A DNA stretch of 64,000 nt from Candidatus Omnitrophota bacterium (GTDB taxonomy: Bacteria > Omnitrophota > Gorgyraeia > Zapsychrales > JAKLDJ01), in NCBI GenBank assembly GCA_022703585.1, contig JAKLDJ010000001.1, positions 182,891 to 246,890 of the forward strand. The letters are read 5' to 3'. The position numbers and the translations under genes were made by a program. Positions 12,701 to 27,700 of the stretch are shown here, in pieces (within the stretch, counting starts at the first letter, position 1; every line of letters begins with the position of its first letter). Under the pieces are notes generated by a model. The model had not been told where the DNA came from and ran no database searches. It worked only from the letters and a program-made list of their open reading frames with translations.

Positions 12701-15700
12701 TCTCCCGTTACCCTTTCAATGCCGCGAATCAAAGCAATGCTGTTCGAATTATCGACGGTATACCCTACCCAGCGGCCAATGTTGGAAACAAGGACTGCCT
12801 TTTTATGCAATTTCGGCAGCCGCTCAAAAAGAGGCCGAAGATGTTCGGCATCTTTGAGATCACCCCGGATAAGATGGTACTGCCGGCTCGGCCGGTAACC
12901 GTTCAATAAAAGATGTTGTTGTGCCGCGGCTAAGGCTTCGTCGTCTTTTTCTATCAGAACAACCGATGACGCCCCCAATTTCAGCGCCACCAATGACAGC
13001 ATGCCGTCCCCGGCGCCGCAATCATAAATGCGCCTGCCGTCCATGGCGACATTCATCGCGGCTGCCATCGAGGCCATGGTGAAATACATCAGAGCCTTAC
13101 TGTCGACAATCGTATCGTGCAGATTTTTCAGGATAATAACATTGCGGTTAAGGGCTGTCCGCAGGCGGAGACTCAATTCCCCGTAGGCCTCGCTATCAAG
13201 GATAAATAAATGCCCGGCACGGATAAAACAGGAACCGAAATAGTCCGGCCGAAGAATTGGGCAAACAGGTGTGGGCATCCACGCCTCATGTACCTGCGGC
13301 TTTCCGGAAATCCTCTCCCAGCGTTCATTGGCGTATATTTTCTTGCCGTAGACAAGGCCTGATTCTTCCTCGAGCTCCCGGAATCTTTGACCCGACGGCT
13401 CAAGGCGTAATTCTTTAACGATGCGGCGGCTCAGGCGCCGGCACAATTCTTCATCAATTCCGACGGCAGGTGCCGAGAGAGGATTATTGTCCGTGCGGAC
13501 CATCCCCACCAGCGGCAGGAAAGGCAATCCCGGGAGCGTCAGAGGCAGCATAAAACAGCCGAGAGTTTCACGCGTTATTTGCGAAACGTCCTCGAATCCG
13601 TTGGTTGGGCTCTCTAAGGATGTCGCGTATTTTGGAACTACCTCTCGTCGCAAAGATTTTTCTCTGCTCTCTATTCCACGACGAACTGTTGACATCGTCT
13701 TTTCTAAATCTTGGAGGTTTAATTCGCGGCTTTTTCTTATTTCAGAAAGCCTCCTTAAAGCTTCCCCAATAGAATCTTCCAGATAAGACACCGACTCTCC
13801 CCAGGTGGAGAATGGTTTAGAAAGTCCTTTCATTAGAGTCCTAAATATATAATCTTCATTTGCCCTGGCACCCTGAATAACTCGAGACAATATATAAGCC
13901 AGATCCTGGGGATCAATTCTTATTGTTTCCCTGGACCCACCTCTTAAAAATGAAGAATGTGGATGAGAAATGGCTAAAGCTACTTTCAGCCACCAAGGAT
14001 ATCTTTCCCAGTGATAGCTGATCTCCCAAGATTTTTCTGCCTTGGAATATAGGATCTCCTCTTCTTTTTCTGGGGCGATGATTTCCCGAATAAAGTCGGG
14101 TAATCGATCCCAGATATCATCATCCATAAGAGATTGTTTAGTTGGTTTTTTGCCTGGCGTCGCGAGTTTTCTGGAAACTTTTTCAAATGTCTTATGCTCT
14201 TTCAAAGTAATAAGTGTCCCTGGTTTTTTCTTTTGGCCTAACAAGATAAGATCGTTTTTTTCATCTAACATCAGCCCAAGGATATGTTGTATCTGATCAT
14301 AATCATAACCTGCCTGAATCATCAAATTGACGGCAGAGTTCAAAGAGTATGTTCCCCACTGGGGACCCTTTTTTCTTTTTCGAGTTTTCTCTCTTTTCAA
14401 AGGTTTACGCCCCAGTGAACCTAATTTGGCATCTGTGAATTGAGACTTGGATGGTTTTCTTTTCCTTTCATATCCCCCATTGATGGTTTTTATGCCTGGG
14501 GCTGTCTTTCTTTTGTGACGGCTGAGATGATTTTGGCTGGCCTGGCGCGATTGAGGAACTCTCAAGGTATCCAATCGCTTGTCGAGCTCAAGCTTCCTGA
14601 AACGTCTCTGTTTTTCAGCGTATCGAGTACGATAGTCTTCCCAATCTTCAGGACTCACCATCCCCACCATAAAGACAGCGGGTAGGCCCAAGAACGGTAG
14701 GCCCGCCAGCCCCGCTAGAAATGTTGAGGGCAATAAGAAAGTTGTTAAAATTTCTAACAGGGGCAGGGGCAGAATAAAACAGCTGAGCGATTGAGAGGAC
14801 GGATGAAAATCAATAAGCAGAGACCCGAATCTATTCACTTCAAAACTTATTCCGCCAACGCCCTCGGGGACGAGGAATCTCCTGATTAAATCTGCATTAA
14901 AATCTGTTGTTTCCAGAGACGACATGGTTTCATTAATCATCCTACGGTTGTTTACGGCTTCGATATTGCCCAGCCTGGAAGATGTGCGAGCCATCAGGTT
15001 GCAAAAATTGATATTTCGAAATCCGGGAACTCTGAATATTCTGGATATCATCATGGATAAATACAGCAATTTGATTTGCGCCTCCGGGGCCAGTTCCGAA
15101 AGTGCTGTCTCTGGGTACCAGAAGCTGAAACCATTTCTTTCTCTTAACAGAAAGTCATAAAACAGGTCTCGTCCCGCCGGGTCACCGGCAAATACTTTCT
15201 CGACAGCAGGTAACATCCCTTCTTCTTTATCCGGATTGAGCCTGTTGAGCCTTTCTATGGCCAAATTCTGGCGTCCATGAGCAGCCCGGAGACGTTTGTC
15301 AAATATCCCCTCCAGAACAACCTCTACCGCCACGACACCTGTCACGGCCTTGCTGAGGAGAAGCGCTTCTTGAACCACCTCCGCCATCTCCAAGTATATT
15401 TGCTTGAAATAATCAAACAGCTCCTGGGTAAATAAACCTTCAGAAACTGTCGCCGTATCAATCACATTGATAAGAAAATAGAGTTTTAGAATATTGACAT
15501 TCTTCTTCCCGAGCGCGAACGCCATCACCGGGATTAAAACCTCTCTGGTGACCTCCCCCCGCTTCAACTGCCCGATCCAGCCATGTTCCCGGACCATGAC
15601 TAAAGCGACCTCACACTCTTGTTTGGCATAGCCGATTTTTGTAAATGTCTTTTCTCTTCTTAAAATCTCTGCCCCAGACTTCGGGTGGTTGGTAAAATCC

Positions 15701-18700
15701 AGGTCTGCGAAGGCGGGGTCGTTTTTATATTTTTCTGATTTACCGATATCATTCAATAACCCGATATGAATAGACAAGTTGCCAAATTCCTGATAGGCAT
15801 CAAAGAATAAGCCGGTCAAAAATGAAAACGCCTCTCGAGACAAAGGCGTTCTTCCCAGCTCCTCAAACTTGGCGCTATCCTGAAAATCTTCTATCGACAT
15901 GCGTGCCAAGGCTTCGATTTTATGAAGTTTTTTCATAATATGCTCATGGGATGTCGTATCGTAGTCCGGACTCTTGACGACAGTGTGGAAGGCGCGAATT
16001 TCTTCAAATGCCTCTTCCAATTGATTCGCCGGAATAATCGCGAGCGGACCGGCGATTTTATTAATGAGGGGCTGAACCTGGGCAATGGTCAGGCTAAACG
16101 CCGCCATGAGTTTGTGCAATTCTTCTGAAATTGTCGTATGATTGATCAACGGCGCGTCGGTGCCCAAGGCAATATGGATACCGTGCTGGTAAAACCGGTA
16201 GAACGGGTGTTCGAAGATGTCTTTGACAGCGCCTGTCTGGAGATTGCTTGAGGTATTGATTTCGATAATAATACCTTCGTCGGCAATCTTTTTGAGAAGC
16301 CGATTCTGCCGGGTTTTAAGTGCCTCAATCCTGCTTCTGTCGTAGACCTCGCCGTGGCCGTCCAGACTACCGAAAAGTTTCTCAGGGTCCATGCCGGCCG
16401 CGATGCCATGGCCGATCCTGTTAACCTTTAAAATCTTAATGGAATCTTCCATGCTCTTAAGCCCTTCCTCAAGGCTGTCAAAGGATTCGCCGGCGTGGGA
16501 AGTCCGAACCCTAAAGAGCTTCGATGAGCGCACCATCTGATAGGCCTTCTTGAATTTGCGAAGGTCACAGCCTTTTTCCGCTCCGGCGGTATCGATTCCC
16601 ACAAGATGGCTTTTTAAATCAACAGGCACAGACGGGTCATTTTTGATGCGGATAAGTTCTCCCGCGATTTTCTCAGGAATGCCTGCCTCAACGTGCTTTT
16701 CTATGATAACCACCATGCCGTATTTAAATTCCGGGTACTGCCCGGCCACTTTCTTCAACCCCTGATAACAAAGAGTTATTTTCTTTAATACGGAAGACTC
16801 TTCCGACGCATTAACAGGGACGGAAAAACGGAGTTCTAAATACCGAACCCCGTCCGCATAAGCATCTTCGGCAATTTCTCCGGCAACCCGGGTGATATCT
16901 TCATCCGAACGAATCAGCCTTCTTGCGATATCATATCTCCATCGGTATTCGTCCAGCGTGCCGGTTAAATCCGGCCTTCCCTGGCCCGCAATTATCCTGC
17001 CAAGCGCTGCTTCGTTTCCTTCTCTAATGATGGTTTCGAGACTAACGCCGTATTTTTCGTTGATGTCACTCCACGATATCTCGGATTCGTACTTTCTCGC
17101 TAACTCAATCAGCGTAGAAATCCGGGTAGGTACCAAATGAATATGGAAATCCGCGGTTTGAAATGTTCGTTGGATGACCGACCGCACGGTATCCCGGCGG
17201 CTATCGCTGCTTTTCGTCATCCCCGCTAAAAACAAAAAGCTCATCCCCGCCAACGGCATCATGAGGCAGCATTCCAGGCTTTCCTGGCGCGTACCTTCTT
17301 CAATAAATTCTTTAGAAGTGCTTATGCGAAACACCTCCGCATACCACGGCCCCGGATTCGGCAGATACCCCAGCTGTTTTAATATCCTGCCGGTCTTCCG
17401 GTTCCTATCCCGGGCGCGTTGCCAGAATTCACGCGGGTCAAAACTCGGAAATTCCGGCGGGTGAAGCTGCGACCGATGCGCCCGGATACTTTTTATCTTG
17501 CGACGCATGAGATCCCTGCTAAAAGGAACAACAATCAAACCTTTTTCCTGGGCGTCATGAAGCGGCCATTCTTCGTATGCGCCCCGGTAACCCCACATCC
17601 GGATACCATCGGCCGCATCCTCATGACGTAATGCCCGACGGAGAACCTCCGCGCCGAGGCCATGCGCCCCATGCGGGTCCCGTTCGGCGGAATAAAAGAT
17701 ATTCTGCGGTTTAAATTCTTTTAGAACCCTTCGCACCGCGGCCACATCCCCTTGCTCATCAATTGCTTTAATATGGACAAAGCCCCGGTGGTAATAATAA
17801 GGAAGGTCAAGAAAGACGGTATTTCCGACGCCCAGCATGCCGGCCGCGGCACGCGCCTCCGCCTTCCGGACTTCAATCCGTGCCCTGCGCCACAAATCAT
17901 TGATGTCTTTTTCGGACAAAGGATAGCTGCGGCTTAAGGAATCGGCACAAAATTGTTCAAAAAGACGTCTCGTCTCCGGGTCAGTCATCCGAACCGCGTT
18001 CTCTCCCGATGTCATATAAATAACGGTAACATCATTGCCCCGGACCGAAAGCTGCGCAACTGTAGCCGCCATGGTAATAACATCGTCGTCGGGATGCGGA
18101 GAGAATATAACAATGCGTTCACCCCGGGGCAAGAGGTCATGACCAATGCATGAAATCACCGGCCGCAAGAATTCCATAGCCCGTTTCTGTACCGCCCGCA
18201 TGCCGCCGACGCCCTCGATATAATCGGTAGAAAAACCGATATCCTCCATATCCTTAAGGGTCAATTTCTGCACCGTAAGCCCCGGCTGTCGGCGCAATAT
18301 TTCAATTGCCGCCTGAAGCGAACGCGGACGCGTCCATTGTAATCCGAGACCGGCTATTTGCCACGGTGTTCTCCTGTGAGGCAGCTTGCTGGCAGCGTCT
18401 TCGTCTAAAAGCCAACGGACATTCGAATGGTATTTTGTGAAGGTAACAGGAAAATCACCCGTGGGATCATTATCGTAAAGTCTCTTGATAACAGGCGATT
18501 TTTCTTCGCCGTCGGCCAAAATAATAATTTCACTGCTCTCAAGGATATTCATAACACCCAGGGTGATAGCCCGAGACGGCACCGACGCGCTCCAGCTGCC
18601 GCCCATCCGCCTAAGATTATAGAAACGGAATGCGGTATCAAGCCTGGTCTTGGGCGAAAGATCCACCGGCCGGGTGCGGTCAGTCACACGCGAGCCCGAT

Positions 18701-21700
18701 TCATTAAACCCCATATGGCCTCCCAACAGGATCGTACGGCCCCTGGCGTCTTTTAAAAATTCAAATGTTGCAGAGTCCCTGACCGGAAAAGCACCGCCGA
18801 TGCCAATTATCGCCAAATCGGCTTTGCCGCGCCCGGCTTGGGCAATGGCTGCTTGCAGCTGCTGCTCGTAGGCGTCGGCGACCGTTTGCGCGTCACTATA
18901 TTCAAAAACCGGGGGCAGATAGCGGTTGCTCTGTTTGGGGGCCCGCGACGGGTCAATCCGGTCAAGCCGTCGATAAAATACCTCATCCATATAAAACGCG
19001 TAGCTTAAAGGATGCCCCCGCTCAAGGCCGAGGTATTCATCGAGGTTGAAAAAGACAACGCGGGAAAAATCGATCGTGCGGTCTTCTTTGTACCGGCGCA
19101 CCAAGGCGGCCCACATCGGTAAGGGTGTCGCTCCCGTCGGAACGATAATGACCGCATCGGGAATCATTTTAACCAACCTGATCACGCGCTCGGCTGCCGC
19201 TTCGCCCAGCAAGGCACTGTTGGCAAAAATATTAATTGAGGTAGGACTATACAGCGGCCGGCGTATATCCTCCGTCATCCCCGTCATAAAGACAACAGGC
19301 AGGCCCGCCGAAGACAAAAACACCACGCCCGGCAGAAAACAACCCAGGCTGTCATCTATATCATTCCGCGGCGCGGACGCGCGCGCCTTTTGGGCGAGCC
19401 GGTGTTTCACTTCACCAAAAATTTCCCCTTCATTCCACTGAAAAGTAAATTGATTAAACAGCATGTCGATGGAAAGCTCATCAGCCCCCGTGCGCATAAT
19501 AGCCGCTATCATCTGCTCAACCGAAATCTTCTGGGCGATACCCTCGCGCACAATCTTGCGAATATGCTTTGCCGTCTCCCAATCGTTATGGAAAAGTGCT
19601 ATCGCCGCTATAATCCTCCGGTGCGCCCGCCGGTATTTTGGCAGCCGAAACACCCGCGCAATCGCACTGAATCGCCCATAATATTTCAGGCAATAGGCAA
19701 GCCACACATCGCCGGGGACAAGATGTTCTTCGTCAAAATCGACTCTGCCATAAATATCCCGCTGGCGTCTTACATGATGAATATTCGCGCATGCGACAAT
19801 GGCTTCTACAATTCCAATATATGTCCCACCCTGTGAATTTCCATGTACGATTTTGCGCACTGATGAGGCAATGACCCGTTTGGCATAGGCAATATCATCC
19901 AGGGTTAAATACTGCGAGTGTTGAGAATCTTCCAATGGCGAAATCACGAGGTTCCATCGGTCGTCATCAATCGTAGTGGTTGTCTGCGCGTCAATATCCT
20001 CGGGGAAATATTCCAGAGCCGGAATTTCTTTCCACCAATGACCAAATACATCCTCATCGGGAATATCATCCCAGCGCTCCAGGCTCACGCGCACGCCTAT
20101 AGCGGTATAAAACCGTACAATGATGTCGTATAAGTCAGCCCATTTTGTAAGAGGATACGCCTCGCGAGGAAACTGCTGCCGGTATTCTCGTAAGAGATAC
20201 TCGATAAATTTCCTCTCCAGCGCCGCGTAATCAATAACACCCTGCTCGTTTCGAAGCACCGAACCTGAAACCTCAAAGCATGTAATACCATAGTGATGAA
20301 AAACATAAAAAGAACCGTTAAGATGCGAAGCCGTAGCAACGTCATTAAAGCCGGGAAGAATGACAGGCCAAAGCCTGTCCGTCGCCAGAGGGTGATGATG
20401 ACTATGGATATCAGAACCTTCAGCATCTTTGGCCTCAACCCAAACCGTCATCTGCGTTTCTTCCGGTGTCCTCCCCCGGACTAGACGCCAACGCCCGCTC
20501 TCGGAAGAACGATATAGCGCAACCTCAAAACCCAGGCCGGTTAAAGCCTTGAGCATCCCTTTGGTCGGCTTGGCAATATCAAAAATATCACCCGGCTGAG
20601 CATCGACGATCGTCTGTATATCCACATCCCCCGTCATTCCCGTCACAAATAGGGCGCCCAGGCCCGCCAGCCCCGTTAGAAATGTTGAGGGCAATAAGAA
20701 AGTTGTTAAGATTTCTACCGGGGCCAACGCCAGCATTAAAAGGCTTTCGAGACCGAAGCCGGGTAACAGAGCTCTAATAGCCTCCGGGGCTGAACCCCCA
20801 TTTTCCCTGTCCGTCTCTATCTTCTGGCTTAACGCCTTCTTGCACGGATTCGAAATCCATGTATTGGCCTCCGCTGCCCCCTGGCGAATAGCCCTGACAG
20901 TTTTTTCTGAATAAGATGGCACATTAAAATGTAATAACGCCCGTGCGGCCATGCAACGCACGTACTCGTTGGGGTCGTTTAAAAGAAGATCCGCGAGACA
21001 CTCTTCAACTTCTCGCGATTGAATGCCCAATTTCCAAAGAAAGGCTACAAAATTCGACCGATACTGGGTAAACCCAAATTGATCAATCAGCGTATATCCT
21101 GACGCCCTCATTAAAACCTCGCACCCCTCCTGTATTTCTAAATCTGCGATTCTCTGGCCAGCGTCAAGCGCCGCAGTCAAAATGTCGCGATTTGCTTCGT
21201 CATTCTTTTCGACCAAAGTAAGTCCTTCATGTATCAAAAATAGTTTTTCGACCGCCTTAATTAAAGTAACGGATTCAGAAAATTGTCCTGAGTCAGAGCT
21301 TACCATCTCATCGGGGCTTGAAGCCGGCGTTTCGCTAGCCGGGCCGGGCGAAGAATATTTCGCCTTTAAATAGCTCACAGCCATGGCACAGGCTAGGCTA
21401 ATATCACTGATAGGCGTGTCTTCGGCGGGATTATGGCTGATGCCGTTTATGCTGCGGACAAAAAGCATAACAGCCCTGACGCCTTTTTTGGCAAAATATG
21501 CGGTATCGTGACTGGCACCACTGTGAAGATTAAGGAAGGGAATATTTTTTTCGCGGGCGACTCGCCGGAAATCATCCTGCAGATCTTGGTCCAATTCAAC
21601 CGGTTTTCCCGGCGGCCCATGCTCGGTAATCGGATACAAAAGCGTTTCTTTTAAGAGCTGCACTAATGTATCGCGAACTCCTATGTTGTACCCACGAATA

Positions 21701-24700
21701 TCAATGCTCACTTCCAACTGACGGCCATCACGGAAGATTTTTCCCACGGTTGCGACCGGGCGGTTTTGAGAATCTTCCTGCGCCTCGGCGGCCTGTCGCG
21801 CTCTTTCTTCAACCGCGCGGACAATCTCCAGGGCCTGCAGGTAGGAATCAGAGGCCATATCAAAAATTCCCTGCGAAGGCTTGCTGACTTTCAGAATTGT
21901 GGTGGTATTTCTTCGCGCCGCGACAGAGCGCAATACCTCTTCGGCCCGGACGCGTTCCTGCGGCATAATATACAGAGCCATAGTCACTTTACCGGGAATA
22001 GTATTCATCGAGCCGTTCTCGATTTCGATACCGGCGACGAGATCCCTTCTTTTAAGGATATCTCTCAGCATGACCGCCAACTCCGTGGCAGTGGCCAAGG
22101 CATCTTTTCGACCATCCATCGGCGTCGCCCCGGAATGATCCTGCTGGCCCTGGATTTCAATAAGCTGCAGATCCTTATCATTAACGCGGCGCTCATCCGT
22201 GATGTCGGCCACATATTTAAAGCGATGGGCGGCGGCAATACCCTTGACGATACCGACGGGGCAGCCGGCCTTTTCCAATACCGGGCCCTGCTCGGGATGT
22301 ATTTCCAAAACGAATTCGATATTTCTTAAGTTGTCTCTATCCTGCTCCGCTGCCAGCGGATCAAGCCCGCGGCCTCGCATGGCCTCAAGTATTTCCTGCT
22401 TGGTGCGTATAGGCCTTCCTTGAGCGTCAGATTCTTTAAGCGCGGACCACTGGAATGCGCCGGTAGCAAAACCGCTTCCGATCATGGCAATATCAAAACG
22501 GGTCGATTCTTCGCAGCGATAGGCGACAACCTCGAGAGGATTGGTTAATCGCACGCCGGATTCTTTTAGCTGTCTGACGATTTCAAGCCCGGAAACAACC
22601 CCGGTTATCCCGTCAAATTTCCCTGCGCCTTTAACGCTGTCCAAATGGCTGACGATACGAATAACCTTGGCGCCGGGATTAAGCCCTTCAAGCCGTCCAT
22701 AGAGATTGCCGGCCGCGTCCGTCCGGACGGTTAGGCCGAGAGAGAGCATTTGTTTTCTTACATAGTCGTGGGATTCATCTTCCAGGGAAGAATACCCCAG
22801 CCGTGTTCTTCCTTTTTCCGGGTTGTCACGGGAGGCGCCGATGGCTCCGATGGCTTCAATGTGCCGGGCAATTTCCTCCTGCGCTTCTTTCTCGCCTTTG
22901 ATCATTCCTAAAGGCCCGGCCTCGCTGAGGCCTGCGAAGGCCGAGGCGGGCAGGAACATCAGCGGGCCAAAGAACATAAAGGCTCTTAGCTTATCGGAAT
23001 CATCCGCGTCAAACGGATTATCAACTCCCAAGCGCTTGGAAAACCTTCTGATAAAATCATCAAAGTCATGCGGTTCGGCGCCCAGCATGTCCCGTCCTAT
23101 GGACCGGCCTTCTATATTTTCTTTTAAATCCGCGAAGACACCGACAAGAGCGCAGATAACGCTGAATTCTTGCGGAGTGTATTCCATCTCCGCAATAGTA
23201 AACCTAATCGAACCTTCAAGGTATGCTAATACCCGGCCGTTATGGACAGGAATTTCTGGCTTAGACTGCGATTTGTCGGCAAGGTCTTTAAGAATATGGC
23301 GATGGTCGTACGCGTCAATTGCCATGACAATGCTTGTATCGGGCATTTCATAGGCAACCCATTTTAAGGCAACTATATTGCCGAATCCCTGCTGCTCGAG
23401 TTCATATCCTGAAGTTATCCCATGGGGTATGCGCTCGGCATCATATATCCTGACCTCCGGCAATCTCCTTCCTGCGTCGTGGCTCCGGGGAAATCTGCGC
23501 AGGCTTCCCTGCTGCTCAAGCGCCTGCAATGCCTTAAGCACTGCCTCGGAGCCCATAGAATCAAACAATTCCTTGGCAAATATCTGCCCGGCGTGGCTGC
23601 CCTCATCAAACCCCACACAGAAACTTCCCGCGCCGATAAGCATTTCTCTATCGGCATGCGAACCCTCGTCACCAAACACCGCAATCTCATCAATCGAAAG
23701 GTTATGTTTATCGGCAAAATCAAAAAGCGCAAGCGCCTTGTGCCGCGCTGTCTCATAGCCATCAATCTGCTCAACCAGGGATGCGTCATCCACAAACCGT
23801 TCCAAGTATTTTTTATACCCTCCTGTCCCGCCGCCGGTAATAAGCGCGACCGGATATCCGCAAGCCAGCAGTTTTCCGATAAAACGCGCGAGCTTCTCTT
23901 TTGTTTCTTCTGTCTTTCCATCAAATGAGATGTCCAGCGTCCCGCCGATGTCAAAGGCAAAGCCCCTGACCCCGCGCCATTTAAAGATATTCCATTTTTG
24001 CCGGTTACTTAATCCCTCAAACCGTTTGGCATCCCTGGCTAAAACAGTTTCTATGACATCGCGTATCATGGATTCTGCCTGGCGGTCTCTTTCTTGCGAA
24101 AGCTGTTGTAAACGTACCATCGCCTGCGCGTCAATTCTCCCGCCGGGTTGAATAATATTCAGCAGATACTGCGAAAATGCCTCATTAACCCATTTCTTTA
24201 TTTGCTGATAGGAAATATAATGGTTCCGGGCGATCTCAATCGCGTTAACCGGTTTACCGTCACGAACAATGGCGTGAGTTTCCTCCTCGAGATCCCTGAT
24301 TCGGATATACGAGCCGTCGTTAAACCGTGAAATAAGCCTTTGCAGAACGTGAATTGCAAATGAAGGAACAGCAGGAATAAAACGCAGGGCAAGATAGCTT
24401 GTTAAGTGCAGCGGCGCAAACGGGGCATAGAGCCCTAAATACCACAGCCGGCCAATAATCTGGCCCGAAAGGTAGCATTCCCGCAAGAATTCGGGATAGA
24501 AAACATTCAATGAACCGCGGCGCGAAGTTAATATTTCATTGCTCCACTTAAAAATAAGAATTTGACGGATCATCAAGTACTTCCGCAGCGTCGGGTTAGC
24601 ATTAGCGGGAAGCGCGATTTTTAAATCAAAATAGTCGTTTTCATCAACAATAAAGCTTGTTTTTATATCGTCAACGGGATTAAATCCTTTGGCATAATGC

Positions 24701-27700
24701 ATGATCGCCCAATACAAAACCCAATCCAGTTTCTTTGCGGCTTCGTCCTCTAAATCCTTAAGCATCGCCTCTGCTGTTTTTTGTTCCTTATTTGGATTTG
24801 GCCTCCTCAGCAGAACAAGCGCCCCCAACGCATTTAAAATAACGCCTCCCGCCAAAATAAACATACCTATTTCAAGCGGCGACAGGGCGCGCAACGTATC
24901 TTCTTGATCCGTAGACACTTTATGATTTTCAGGAATCATCAGCTGGCGCATCATTTCACGCATTTGCGCATCTTCTTCTTCCCTTTCGTAGTTTCTCTTC
25001 GGGCGCGCGTTAATCCAGGACAGGTCGCGGCGCATATCCGCAGTAATCCGCATTTTTTCTTTGCCTATTCTCTCCCAGACATTATCCGCTATTTGATACC
25101 GCTTCTGCCCCGTAGGCGGCAGGCACTCATATTTCTTGCGGGAATCCCTCATCCTTCGCCACTCTTTTTCAAAGCCACGGCCGGCAAAACGCTCGTGTAA
25201 ATACCGAGCCATGGCCTCACGGGCCCAGAGGTGAGCGCCAGGGGAAAACGTATCTTGATTGTGCCCGGATAACTCAATAAAATTCGATAAGCCTCCCGTT
25301 CCCTTATAGCCGTACAATCCTGCCTCGGCCAGGTCCCAATAAAGGACATCACTTCGCTCATCAACCTTAAGCTTGCGCAGATATTTCTCGGCCAGGCCAA
25401 AAGCAATGCCCTGATACAACCCAAATAACATCCAGCGGATATTATTGCGGACGCGCGCGCTACGCGTGGTTTTAAGCAGTTTAAAGAGAAGGCCCGATTC
25501 ATATTCGAATTTTGGATAGGATAACAGCGTAAATCCGTGCACGCTAACGGTTTTGCGCGCACGCAACATTTTTTCCATCACATTTTGGTAGGCAAAATTC
25601 ATAATGCGCGCCTGGCTTTGCCGCTGCATCGGCAAAAACATCGTAAAGACAGAACCGGCCTTTCCGTCTGATGCCACCTTAATTCTGCTATGCATGCAAT
25701 ACATAATATGCGAAATGAAATCCAACGTAAGCGTACTGCCAGAAACCCTTTCGTTCCTGACCGCATGGCGGACCATAGAAAATAATCCTTGTTGATTTTC
25801 TTTTGGAATACCCTTGCCTGTATCTTTGACCTTGACGATAGCGCCGTCAATCAACCTCGCGTACCCAAACAGATTTGCTGTTCCTCTTCTCACGACAATG
25901 CGCACAAGGCCCTTCTCAGTATGTTTAACGGCATTAGCAATAAGTGTACGGACGGTGGCGCGCAGCAACTGCTCTTCACAGTCATCAACAACTAATCTCC
26001 TTTGGTCACTGTCAATCTCAAAATCAAGGCCCTTGGCCTCGGCAGCCGCACGCAGCTTCTCGGCCTCATCCTTGACGATTGGCACAATGTCCAGCGTCCT
26101 AAAATCAATACCGATTTCCATCGTATTAATATACGTATTGGCTTCGTTAGCAATGATTTCGTACCTGCTGAGGCTTTTTAGCCATCGCACGATTTGCTCC
26201 TGACGCTCCTTTTCCTCCGTGCCAAGATAGTCAAGAAGGCTCCCTATCTGCCGTGCTATACCGGCAACATCAAAGATGTCTATGCCACCGTTATGGCGCA
26301 AAACCAACATAAAAGTATCAAGGCTTTTATACCCATGTTGACGCATATAACGCCGGACAACACCCCAGGGGGCACTGCCGTCGGCCACCATCTCTCCCAA
26401 CATGCAACGCAGATGCTTCCTATCTCTGGCAGTAACCCGACCAAAACGTTGTCGAAACTCTTTTGACCGGCCGATATAAATATTAATAAGCCCGTCATAA
26501 TTTCTACGCCAAAACTTGTGATCCGTACTCCCCACAACCATGGATGCTATGCCTAATTGGTACAGATGTGCCCGAGCCTCGACTCGTTTATCCGATGTGA
26601 CGTTAGCCCTGTCATTCTTTTCATTCCTTGTAAACTCCGGGCCGATTTCGCGGCCCCGTACCACAAATTCTTTAAGCTGCCACTCACTTAACCCGCCGCT
26701 ATACCAGAATTGATAATTCCAATTGACCGAGAAGCTGACAACAACCTTGTCCACTTTAAATTCTCGCTTGATACGCTCGATCACCGGATCGACGAGCTTT
26801 CTGGGCGTCGGCTCGCTAAACCCAAGAATAGCGGCAAGCCCCGCGACCTTAAAGTGTGCCTCTTCAATGACCGTGCATGTCTGCCGGATAGCCGGCCATG
26901 CCTTTTCTTTAAATGCCGGCAAACCTTCATTTTTCAATACTTCGGAGCCATACGCGCACGCCTCACGAAACGGGCGCTGGGCGTCGCGGAATTCAACCAT
27001 GCCTTCATAAAGGATCCGACGTGTTTCCTGCAAATTAAGCCTGCGCGGCGCTCGATCGGAGGAATCATCGTCACGGTCAACAGCGTCTTTGATCACCCCC
27101 AAAAGAAACAGCGAGAAAACAGGAAAAACAAAACACCCCAGCGTATCTTCGCGGCCGGCGCCGATTTCACGCATGACCTGTTCATAATACGCAGTGACTT
27201 TCTGGGCTTGAATGTCAGTTTCTAGGATACGATCAAGCATGGTTAAAGCAGCCAATTCAAACCCATGGTCCCGGTCATGAAATAACCGGCGGTATCGTTC
27301 TTCATCACGTTCTCTTAGGCTATCAAACGCTCGTCCAAAGACCTTACCCTGAGCAATGAGTGTTTGATGCCGCTCGACTGCTTTTTGCCCTTGCTGGCGG
27401 ACAGTTTCCATGAATATTTGAAGCGGGCGACCATGCCCTCGGGAGACAAACCATAAAAACCACAGTTTCACGTCAAGCATGGACATAAATCGGTTCTGCA
27501 GCGATGCATCGTCATTGTAATCTTCATGCTGGTTCAGCCGGATTTTATCGAGGAGGATTTCGATTTTCCGTGGATCAGCCGGGGCGTGCAGATATCCAAG
27601 AAAGAATCGGGCATACTCTTCGAATTGCTTTTGTTCCCCTTCCGGTGTGCGGACAATATAGACGTCCGCGAATGCCTTCATCCATGTTTTTACTTTCTTT

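Noticed and set aside
23700-24000. Possible amino-acid-kinase-like segment (LACGYPVALITGGGTGGYKK)
   Set aside because: Only a Gly-rich loop was seen, with no further family motifs confirmed. Too weak to call.
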